DNA of 64,000 nt from Trichoplax adhaerens (taxonomy: Eukaryota > Animalia > Placozoa), in NCBI RefSeq assembly GCF_000150275.1, contig NW_002060949.1:1237836-1301835 (forward strand). The letters are read 5' to 3'. Under the pieces are notes generated by a model. That model searched no databases, was not told where the DNA came from, and worked only from the letters and a program-made list of their open reading frames with translations. A program made the position numbers and the translations under genes. Of this stretch, positions 52,301 to 64,000 are shown piece after piece; positions within the stretch are counted from its first letter, which is position 1, and the number at the start of each line of letters is the position of its first letter.

Positions 52301-55300
52301 GTATGTTAAGAGTAACTTTGATCTAATACCATTGTCAATATTATTATAGATGTAAAACTGTGATGCTAAATCGTTAATGGATTCCCATCAACGACGGTGA
52401 GGCTTTTAGATGATGATGAGATGTAAGCTGATTACAATAAGAATCAATTGTTTTGTACAGGAAAGCTTGGTAAATGAATAAAAGAGGATGCATTTATAAA
52501 TATAGGAGAGATTTAATTGAAGTTACTGAGTAGAGTACGCTATCATCGATAAAGATCACATTAAATAGTTACCAAAAAGCTTCTTGTCTGTGACTTACTG
52601 TTGCTTAAGGTCATACACTAGGTTAGTGAAGTTAGTGACGCTTAGTCGTAGGGATACAGTGCGATAGAAACTAACGGTAGTAAATTATGGAGTTAAATAT
52701 CGCAAACGTGGTTGTAACAATGCGATATTAAAATGCTATCCTTGCTGTTTTATAATGATATAACCTCGTTCAACTTGTGCAGAGGCTTGAGAAACATTAA
52801 AGATTGACAGCAGTTATTACTGTATGAACGTACGTAACCTAAAAATCTATTTAATCGATTTCAGTAATATAGCTTCTTTGTTATCGAGCTAGCAATCTTA
52901 GTTTTCAAGATATTTTATCTCGAGATGATTTTTGAGTTGTCAAATAGCTAATCCAGAAACTATCCACATGCTAAAGACTGCTTACATACGTACAGTATAC
53001 TCTAAGTTTACGAAGCAAATGATCACGTAATCGTTACACGACTCCATTTTTGAATCATTTATTTGGCCTTTCATCTACTCAACCATCACACGAAGAATGA
53101 AGAACTGTCTACGTAATTTTTTCAGTAAGATGAACTGATCCATACGTTTTATAAAAGCTATCATATATTCTAACTTGTGAAATACTTGTAGATATAAGAA
53201 TCACCCGGGTCAATATATCGAATGTCTTATTTTTTAAACTAGTTAAGAATTATCCATTTTGTGTATACGAGTAAAATTTTAAGACTTTCTCTATTAATCT
53301 GATAAGACGCGAGTAGCGCAATCACATAATCAATAAAGATTACTTAGTATACGATATCAGGGTTACAGATTCTAATAAAGGATACAATGATAATATCGAT
53401 TTCATGATTAACATATGAAACACTAATCTAATGAATTATTACAATCATACCGTACTTTTACAAAGATTACTAGCAAATGTTGGCGTGACACAACACTGCT
53501 AAATTTACAACTTGGCATGCCGATCGCTTTTCTTTGATTCTCTAACAGTATAATTGTATTGCGGCATATTATTATTGGCAATCTACCATATGCGCATTAA
53601 GTTATTAAATCTTGATGGGAGGATCGTCCCATATTTTTCAATGAAAACCATAAAATGTTAGAAACATTCCGATATATTATGGTGATGACATAACGTTGAA
53701 ATCTCAGTAAGATATTAAACGCAAGGATTAGCGTATTTACTGTATAAGGACTAAATTATATTTATTCGTCGAATGATTTTAATTATGCTGTTATTCATCG
53801 CCTTATTAGATTTAATTTATCAGAAGGCGTGCCGCTTATCTTACATCAAGTGTCAATATTTTGTAGAATTCTTGAATCAGTTGACGTTTATACATCGAGA
53901 TAAATATTAACAGTATAGATGATTTGACTGCAAATAGAACTTTGTAAGGTTATTTTCTATTAGTAAATTACGATAAAAGTGATATTACAGCCACGAAATC
54001 TCATCGGCATTTTTGGATAAAGCTGTCTTTATGTCATACGGTATAATACGCAACATTACTTCATTCCTGTATTGAGTAACAAATAAATAAACAAAAAAAT
54101 AAATAAATATGCCGAATCCAATGGGAACGAAAAAAAGATAAAATTAACATTTGTTTATTATCTAGTCTTCTACCATCAGGTAAACAATCAGATCTATGTC
54201 CGTCACATACGCCAGTAACTATAATCAGATTAATACTCTTTCACAGCACCATTAGCTTTACTATCAGCCAAAAATTATTATTGATACTATTTGGTTAGGG
54301 CAATAAATAACAATGAAATAAGTACTTGATGTTAATGAATGAAAGCGTCAATAGTTACCGTATGCGCTCCTACTTGACATCTAATAGAATGATACCGTCT
54401 GTCGTCTGCTGTGACTTAAAACTTTATTATATATGCATGATTGAGATATTTCAAATGAAAGAGAAATAAACTGAACATGTAGAAAAACACGTACGGCTCG
54501 CGGAATTACCAACTGCTCGTTGTATGATAATCGTACGCTTGCTATACTTAATTAATTAGTAATCGCTTACCTGATTATAACTGAAAATATTAGAATATAG
54601 TATTTCAAGAATCATGCTGTAACTGTTCATTGATATATTTTAACATTGACTTTCTTCTACTATATGCGAGAAGTACCGGATAACTAAAGGTCAAAAATAT
54701 GCTTTAGTGGAGAAGTGGCAGTAGCATTAACATACGCTACTTTACCAATCTGCAACAACCACCCTAGCAAAAACAGACCTACAAATAATTGTAATATAGC
54801 TATAAATTAATATAATATTCCCAAAATTCCTGTTTTAAAGTCGTAAGCTGGCAAGCGCATTCTAAGATTATTGCTCGAATGATTTAATTTCAATTTATCT
54901 AGTTTAAATTTAAATTTAAAATTTTAATTTATTTTTTGTAGAATATCGTAATTTTACTGGATGTTATTATCCACTAAGCACATTTGTAGTCATGATAACG
55001 CTAATTTACATTACGTATAAGTACATACAATATCATCCATGCAAACATACGTCACTCAGGTTATATCGCTATAACAACCAAGCACAGCCCATATGGAACA
55101 TGGTAAAACCTCAATTTAAATCACCACTGTATATAATAGTCATATCTAGAGCTAATATAGCGAAAGTTATTGAAAATATTTTATTGAACATTTAATGTTC
55201 TTATACAGACAGAATGCGACGTTCATTAGAACTAACGGGAACTAGCTCTAAGAGCTTTATAATTATCTGTATACATAAATATATGCGTTAATTTGGCTAT

Positions 55301-58300
55301 ACTATCTTAATGAAGTTAATTAGATGCAAAGGAGTGATATAAGGATTAAATAAATGCCATAAAAGTATGTAACATATCGCACCATTAAGTGTGCTATTAG
55401 TTATATAATTGGTGCTATTTTTAGTTTAGAGATTCTACGTTTAAATCTTCTAAATTCTAAAGTGATGAAGAACCAATAGGCGATGCTCGCGAATATTATT
55501 CTTAACGTTGCCATACAGTAAAGTGCCACTTTGACTGTAAAGATGTACAGTATACTAAAATGATAACGTAGATCGTTTTTGACTTGAAAGTCATCAAATC
55601 TGTACATTTGCTTCTACAATCGTTGATACATTATTGCTATCTTCTGTCCATATTTATCGGCGATTTATGAATTACGAAATTTAAAAAAGGACGTTACTAA
55701 TAAAATATAATTTAATTACCTACACTGATAATGTTACATGCCTTACAAATAATTACAACAGTTGTATCACATTTAATTACTAGCGGAGACACTATTTCAA
55801 AATGAGCAGGTGCAAAGTAGAAATCAGAAGATATACAGTCCTCTGTGTTTCATCATATACAGTAATGTTATATTATTTGGACGCTGGTGTACATGAAATT
55901 TAGTTACTTCATCGAGTCCGGTTGCATGTTATGCTTTTGCACTGACTGAGTAGCCAGCGCTGTAGTATTATTCCTTATTGCAATACACAGATTGTATGCC
56001 TACATTGGTAGACCATATGTAGAGGATAACAAATATAAATTAAAATCTTTAATCTTGCACCAGCTATTATTGATATTCTTGTGTACATAGCTGTAAGTTG
56101 TGATAATATCGATCTAAAATTACTATCTAATCTCCAAACATCTATCCTCAGTATAGCTGCTACTGCTCTCTTAACGCCTCCAGCTATAGTAACAACTTGT
56201 TCCTAAATCCTAAATATCGCCAGCATTGTTACTATCTCATATATAGAAGTATCAAGACTGACATAAGAGTATAGCTCTAAAATCATCCAAAACTGTTACA
56301 ATCTGTACAAGCACACCATGAAATTATCCATGCATTAAATAAGGCTTTTTAAGCTAACTTATGGAAACTACAATTATAACATGGAGTGATAGTTGCTATA
56401 TTGCGCAATTGAAACGTAACTTTATTAAGGTAACAATTTATTCCACAATGGAAAGGTTAAAATATGTAATGCAATTTGTTATGCAATATAAGTACGTGAT
56501 ATAAACTTATAAGGAATAAAATTTTTGAATATACCGTACTATACCATATTTGATACGGAGTATTAAACAGTTCACGGAGCGATCACGCGGTGCTCAATTC
56601 AGTAGATTGTCAAAATACTGTACATACTTCTGTTACAACAGCTGATAATGTTCTAGTAAGTGTTAGTAAAGGATGAGTAAAATACATTTTTTTCTGTAAC
56701 ACTTTGTAGGTGTAACTCATTTATAGCTTGTTTATGGTTAGTGAATTCCTTGACTACGAATGGGCGCTGGGTTATCAATTTTCTGTACAAGTTCGGCATT
56801 TACCGAAACGTACTAAACTATGAACTGTTTAAAATTTCAAACCTTGAAACAATTTATCCTCTGTTTGACATATATTGAATAATCATTAGTTGTCTATTAC
56901 CTTCACTAATTGTATTCCTCCTTAAATTAAATCGAAAATTTAAATTTTACTATGAGTTATGTCAAGAAAGTGATAGATGTATCTTGAATCGATTCGTACG
57001 TCTTCCTTAAATTTAGAACTGAGGTACGGTTTTATAGTTTTATTAGGTTTAAACCAAGAGCTAGTTACAGTATCGAACAGTTGATTGCCATCACATTTTA
57101 CAGTATACATTTATATAAGGATACATCTAATTTTAGGGTCATGACAATCTTGTGAAGTACAGTACAGTAATATACACTTCAATGTGGTAAACCGGAAGTG
57201 CTTTTACTAGGCAATACTAATTAATATATCCAACAATCTCGCACTTTAATACTGTGAGAATTAAAATTAGCAGCTGCAGCTATAAAAGCAGCGCATTATT
57301 TTACGTCTTTCCATTGGAATAAAATCCTGAGCAACGAACCTTTCAATGCTGAAATCGCCTTCAAATCGGTTAGTATCGTTTAATTTACTGCAACGTATTA
57401 CGGATTATTATATACATTGTCATTTAACCGATATTTTTAAACGATTTATACTATACGTACCGTACATGATATTATCATAATCGCATAGAATGTGCTACCC
57501 CTCTTTTTCCCTGTGATAAAAAATTTTATGAGATACACGGTTAATTAATCTACGTCAATGTACGTAGGGGATTACTTTATTAATAATACAGTACCTACAA
57601 ATTACGTTTCTAGTCTAGTGCAGTAGTCTGGTTTGGCTCACAAATGCATCGCATCACTTTACGGTTTAGCGTACGTCAAAAACCTAAATTAATTAACTGT
57701 ATAATTCTGTACTCTACTACTTCGATCCGTTGAAGCTCTAATTTATTGTACTCTACTACCTATACAGAAGCAAATACTTCCAGAATGCGGCATATACTGT
57801 ACTGTGTTTGCTATTCATGTTTATTTATCGTAATTATTAAATTAAAATCGATTTCTGGCTTATAAAGTATAGCACTTATTCTATTTTCATCGTATGATAT
57901 AAAGCATTATTTATGTTACGAAATCAGGGGTCATAGTTTAAAGTGAGTAACGCGTCGTACGATAAATTCATTTCGATTTGCAACTGTCATGTGCTGTAAA
58001 AATGTGAAATAGCTGGCATAAAATAGAATCCATGGCACGATGCCATTTATTCTATATAGTAGGTTAGCTGATGGAAAGTTTTTTTCTAAATCGGCTATTT
58101 TAAAGCTCTGCTGTATATTACGTGCATAATATGCCTTGCGAAGTTGCAATTTCACACTACTGACGGTTAAACTGTATAATGACACTGCAGGCGAGTCTCG
58201 CATGATCACTACTAAATACAATACAAATTAATTAGTCGTAATTATCAATTATGTTAATCGCATAATTTGCATCAACCAAAAATCGACGTAGAGGGGTGTG

Positions 58301-61300
58301 GTACAGTGCTCAAGTTTTACGACTACGGTGACCGTTACTGAACCGGACGGTATAGATTAAATGATAGTAATTAATTACAATTACTTTTTTATTTTATTTT
58401 TTTGTTACTGGATGCACAAAACTGGTAACTACCCTCTGAAAAATGATAACCAAGCCCGTCAGTTGATTTATGGTACATAACTGTTGAGTATTTAGTGTTG
58501 TAGTAAAAAAAACTAAGCCAGTAAGTCCTGCTGACTCAATCCTACCATCCACTCATCGTAATGTCACACACTTTTTTTAATAATAAAATAATAATTATAA
58601 TTTATACATATATTGTTGCTTATCAAGGTATAATCTATGAGTAATGCTTAGTTATTGCTTTAAAGTAAAAATATGATAATTATATTATTTGTTAGTAATT
58701 TATTAGTTGTCAACCTCCCATTTTAGCATCATTGAATATAAGCATTTGTGCTAGTTAACCTTTTAATTAACTGGATGGTAGGTGGGGTGGGTCCATATGA
58801 ACATTATTTCAACTTACATAAAAAGTTTTACACAATGAAATGTCAATAATTATTGTGCATAATGCATTACTGGAAATATAGGGTTTTATCATTCAATTAG
58901 TACTTTTACGTGCGTTGCATATATAAAGTATACTCCCTAAAGTTATCAGAAAGAAGTTTCGGTGCTTCTATGCTACGAAATGTCCAAAAACAGCAATTTT
59001 GAGCTTTACAGTAGAGGACTGTGGTAGATGGCATCAGCCATCACCCATCTGATTTCTCTGTTGGGGCCAGACTCAGCTTCTGTAGTTCTGCGTGCAGTCA
59101 TCAAGAAAAGGATATCTGTCATGGACTGCAAGAAGTCGTGACTAATTTATAAATTTAGCGTCTAGTGCAAAGAAGCAGTGGTCTATTTTAAAGCAGTAGT
59201 AGTGGAGATTACACTCATCATTATAGGGGTTAGGCAAAAATTTAAAAAATTCTTCCCCAGATTGCGTATCATTAATACGCTGTACGCTAGTACTGTACTA
59301 CATACAGTAACATCTGAGTCATTACGACTCCATATGGCGCACGGTTACAGCAGTTGCAGTATGGCACTTTGCAGCGTTGCACTGTCTACGCATGCGCATT
59401 GTCAAGAATGAATTCGTAATATTACCGTTGTCTGTTGAAAGAGCATTTCTGCAGCTTTTTAGTCGATGTGAGCAGGTTCTTATAATAACATAGGAGTGGG
59501 CAAACAGTAATTTTCTCGGTTATCACAAATAATATAGAATTAATTGCAATGAATATTTTAATCTGTGTTTTCTGCCGACCTTGCGACTCCCCGCCTTATC
59601 ACTAGACTGCAAAAGATTAATCTAATTACGGTTGACTGTCTGCGTCTACTCCCATACTGTACCGTACTGTATCGTACATTGGATTACTATTCTGCTATCC
59701 TAAATACGTAGTATGCTGCACTTAACAATAATTATGGATGGAACCAGATACGAATACGAACATTCAGCTCGATGCTATGCAAATAAATTAAGTTTCTTGT
59801 ATAACTTGACTCAGAGCATGGTATAAATAAATTTAATTCATTGAAAATACAGTATTTCACTACCCAAACCAAATGATACTTATCGTTTTTGAGCTAGTAT
59901 ATGATACAAGCTGAAATGCAATAGAACTTTTTGACTACATGACTATATCAGTTTTGCACAAGATGCTGGTCTTCTAAGTTTTTTATTTGTACTATAATAC
60001 ATTAGCCCTTTACTGAGACCTGCATTTGACTTTGCTACAAATTCTGATCTATAGTATGTTGTATGTTGGTCGCATGAAGTTTATTGCTACAATCCAACAC
60101 TGCTGCAGCATATGAGCGCAAGATTGTAATAAGATATTGTTTACGTACTGACGATGGGGTTTAGGAAAATGCATACGTGGGATCGGCAAAAGTACAGTAT
60201 GCCTACAGTTCTGGCTCTACTAAACTTTGAACACTTACCTTAGCTTAAAGATGAATACTGTACTTAGTGTCTGAATTTTAGCTAGCTAAACAGCAAATAG
60301 GGGTGTACTGTAAGGTGTAAAAATACAGGTTAAGAGTCATAATTCTACGGTACAATGATGTATCATACTTATCAACCCACTAACTGCATAATGCCACCAA
60401 TTTAAAACGCGTCTGTCAATCACGAAATTATTTGATTGAGGTATGGCCTGTTATTATAGACCGCAAATTAATAGGAAAATTAGACTTGTAAACTTTAGAA
60501 AGTCTATTCTATCAAACTGAGATTGGAATGTGGTTGGAGGTAGTGTTCAAATAATCTGTGATGTTTGCATAACCCAAGTTCTGCATGATAAGTTTGAACC
60601 GCCCTATTTTTTAAACACACAATAGCCAGTATATTGATTGACGTGGTAAATGGAATGAATACTGTCAATGACTCTGCGTGAGCCTGGTTGCCATAGTTAT
60701 ACAAATATTCTATTACGTGATTGGCTATTCGTAATCCATAAGTACGATGATTACACATTCTTTCGCTCCTTTTCCCGTACCTCCAGTCGGTAGCAAGATA
60801 GAACGTCTGCCGGCGTTTGTTACATTTGTGACAGTCGCGATCCTTTTTAAAGACGCTTTTCTTCCTCTGCACAGTTTGCAGTCCTGGCTATTAATCCTTC
60901 TCCAGAAGGTACATATCACTTTACTAGAACTGTAATCTGCTATGGCTACAATTTGTTGCACTATGTTAGAGAAGATTTTAACATTTTTACGCACAGAAAG
61001 TAATTGGAATATGTAGTATAAGTGAAATTAAAGTACGGTAGGTGGATTTGTTAATACTAACATCCTTGCAATACAAACAGTATTATACTATGATATACGC
61101 CTAAATGATATAATTAGCAATTAGTACGACGCCGTATAGTCCAAAGGTCATTAGAGAACGATAAAGATGTCGCCTCTACTAGGCTAAAAGGAATGTTTTA
61201 ACTTGGAAAATTTGGACAGGAAATTTTAATGCCCGCTCAAATTTAGTAAATAGCAAAATATTGCCTATTTTAAAACACGCACATGAAGTATGTTGAGCTG

Positions 61301-61324
61301 ATGCTGGCAAACAAATAGTAATCC

Positions 61325-61493
61325 TATAAATACTTTGAGTGTACAGCCGATTGTAGGTGTTAAGAGATTATCCCGTATGGTTATACTTTTTTAGATGTAT
61401 TATACACTTGTTGCAATTGTCTATTAGAAATTTTCACTTTCTGGCAATCTTCCGAAAAAGTGTTAACTTCTATTTTAATTTTTATGTATATAG
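61325..61493 (+). promoter_or_regulatory. TATA-like element and splice acceptor of a probable non-coding 5' intron of Myc
   Basis: TATAAA at 61325-61330; possible donor GTATGG at 61375; T-rich tract ending in AG (61492-61493), 10 nt before the Myc ATG. Confidence 0.4.
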
Positions 61494-61503
61494 ATCTATC
61501 AAG

Positions 61504-62577
61504 ATGGCAGTTCATGCGGAAGCCTTTTCAAATAAGTTAGATTTTGAGCCTTACGGCTCTTACTACATGGGTGAAGATAGTGAAGATGATAACATATGGA
61601 GTTGTCTTGACATCATGCCAACTCCACCATTGTCACCGGCTCGCCAGCAATACATAACTGATACTTCATCAAATTATCTCGCTGACAAATTGTTGCAAGT
61701 AACCGAAAATTTAGATTTCGACAATGCCTTGATTGACATGGTAGGGGATACCAATAGTATTTTCAATGGTGGTTCGAAACTTCGATCCAGCTTAATCCAG
61801 GATTGCATGTGGAATGCTGGCATTTGTGAAACCGACAAGAAGAATTTGGTTAACACGAACGTTAGTGCTTTTGATACGCCTTGTGCAACGCCACCGCGAG
61901 CAGAAGAGTTTATTTCGACTAGTGACTGTGTCGATCCCATCGCTGTATTTCCTTACACTCTTAGCGATCAAGGACAACAACAATTTGTAGAAGCTCAGTC
62001 CGATTCAGGTATTGCTTTGAAATAATAGTATGTAACTCAAAAATTTTGTAGTATAGTTAGCCTTGTTTTTTATACTATTTTGATTGTCTGACGAGTTTAC
62101 GCTGTTTTTTTTTTAGAAGAGGAAATTGATGTAGTAACAGTAGAAAAACCGAATAAACGAAAGCTAAGTTCCATTGAATTACCTCAGCAGCACAAAGTGA
62201 CCGAAGATTTACAAAGCCCTACGAAACGTGCGAAATCTCCGCAAATAAGTACCAAAGGCAAAGAAGCTTGTAGCCCGAAGGGAGGGTTATCCGTAAAGCC
62301 GGATATTGATAATGATGTTAAACGTGCAACTCATAATGTTTTAGAGAGGAAGAGACGCAATGATCTGAGGTATAGTTTCCAGACGCTCCGTGATCAAATA
62401 CCGGACTTGGAAGATAACGAACGTGCACCGAAAGTTAACATTTTAAAGAAGTCAACAGAGTACATCAAGTTCTTGAAAGAGGAGGAGAGTAAGCTAATCT
62501 CGATGAAAGAAACGGAAAGAGAAAGAAGGAAAGCTCTCTTGGCCAAAATCGACATTTTAAAGAGCAAAAGAAATTAG
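61504..62577 (+). CDS. MYC: Myc bHLH-LZ transcription factor (coding exons 61504-62008 and 62117-62577)
   Basis: MBI SEDDNIWSCLDIMPTPPLSP, MBII LIQDCMWN, MBIIIa DCVDPIAVFPY, MBIIIb DS|EEEIDVVTVEK split by a GT-AG intron (62009-62116), NLS-like PTKRAK, and bHLH-LZ KRATHNVLERKRRNDLRYSFQTLRDQIP...APKVNILKKSTEYI. Stop TAG 62575-62577. Confidence 0.98.
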
Positions 62578-64000
62578 ACTGATCGTCATGTACTCTGGTT
62601 CACTGATATATCGTTGACGATGTTGGTAGCTGAGATAAAAAGATTTTATGCAAAGTATCAATTTGAAAAATTGCCACTACAGTACTGTATGTATGCTTAG
62701 TGCTCTTTTAATGTAAAATACCTTGACAAATTTCGAAATTGAGTTGATCGCACTACATAGTTTAGCTGCAGTTACTAATGGAAGGCAATGTACAATTTGT
62801 AAAGCCGACACGTAACTGTTTGCTATGAGATTGTTACAGTAATATTATTGAAACAGACCTGTTTTAGGGTATCAACTACACAATTTTATGTAATTTTTTC
62901 ATTTCTTTAGCAAATAAAGAAGGAAAATTACGCTATTTATTTTCACGGCCTGCTTATTGTATTGCTTTTTGTGCTATCTTCAGTATCAGTACGAAAACGA
63001 AATTTTCCAGCCTGTAATAAAACTGTACGCTCACGATAACTTATTTTTCAATGTACTCTACAGTAACTACTACACTATAGTTAACTACCATATACAATAA
63101 GCCTGATATCAACCCTACTACCAACTTTGTTGATCTTGATGATTATTATAATATAAATGGTTTTAACTCGCTGAAGCTGCGTAGTATCGTTAGTTCGTAG
63201 ACATCATCATGTAGTAACTGTAATAAAATGTACTATTCTACGCGTGAACAATCCAACAAGATTTAAAAGTAATTTTATTAATTTACGTCTCTTTTGATCA
63301 AACGTCTTGACAAATAATCTAAAATCAATCAATTGAAAAAAGGAACAGTACCGACAAACGCTCAAGCAGCACAATACGGAGGGAATCAGAACCTTATTAC
63401 AAAGTTGTAACATTGCATAGTTTACTCATTGCCGAGTCGATCATTAATCTAAAAATTCAATAATGCCATGGATGGTAATGGATCGATTAAAATTTTTAAC
63501 GGTAGCAAATTGACAATCGAAGTATCGATGTCTGACACTGTCTGTACTTTGGCCACCTGCAAATTTGTGATTTTAGTCTGCTTAACAAACACCGCAACAA
63601 TATAGACAATAAAACTTACAGGTAGGTACGTTAAATGAGGATACAAGAATTGTAGTCTATTATTAATTAATTACACTATCGTATCGTACGCGTCATCTCC
63701 ATTGCTATAGTACAGCAGCACTGTAAAGTGGATCATGGAAGATTGGTTATGCTAAAACGACAAGACACCCAGTTGGAGGCTTCTGAGTTATGTACAGTAC
63801 TGTAGATTTTACTATTTGTGGATGCCTTCCAACTTATTTTCATGTTCGTGAAATTTGAGTCTTCTCAAGTTATGTCATGACGATAGTACAAGTAATTTCG
63901 CGTTTCCTTTCAACACATTGTAAAAGGAGAAGATAATACTGTTTACGCTGAAGGTAACGAAAGTAACGTGACGAATGTGGAAAAGATTTTTGATGGATAA

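Noticed and set aside
60725-60994. Minus-strand ORF with GGTGKG as a P-loop protein
   Set aside because: It does not fit GxxxxGK[ST], has no supporting exons, and is better explained as the antisense of Myc upstream sequence.
61357-61503. N-terminal extension of Myc in the ORF track
   Set aside because: GTG start with F/Y/I-rich translation typical of intron sequence; a splice acceptor lies at 61493.
1-64000. tRNA, rRNA, snRNA genes and autonomous transposase/RT ORFs
   Set aside because: No recognisable signatures by eye; tRNAscan-SE, Infernal and RepeatMasker would be needed to exclude them.

Overview
AT-rich (roughly one-third GC by eye), compact, intron-rich animal genomic DNA. Short introns, the gene set and pervasive ACAGT/TACTG pentamer tracts suggest a placozoan such as Trichoplax (inference). 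Manual splicing gives seven genes: SYCP2-like meiotic axis protein (+), an uncharacterised multi-exon gene (-), PPIE/cyclophilin E (+), CFAP95/C9orf135-like (-), a ~20 kb laminin alpha-1/2-type gene (-), TRIT1 tRNA isopentenyltransferase (-) and Myc (+). About 12 kb upstream of Myc is gene-free. Most notable: (1) PPIE-TRIT1-Myc linkage mirrors human PPIE-TRIT1-MYCL at 1p34; (2) the laminin alpha stops after LG3 and has extra LE repeats; (3) the SYCP2-like protein ends in a SYCP3-like tail; (4) minor-spliceosome (U12) introns, including an apparent AT-AT intron in TRIT1 and degenerate AT-AC candidates in SYCP2; (5) two inverted copies of a ~110 bp Helitron-end-like repeat, a MITE and a long hairpin. 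All family assignments come from motif recognition, not database searches.
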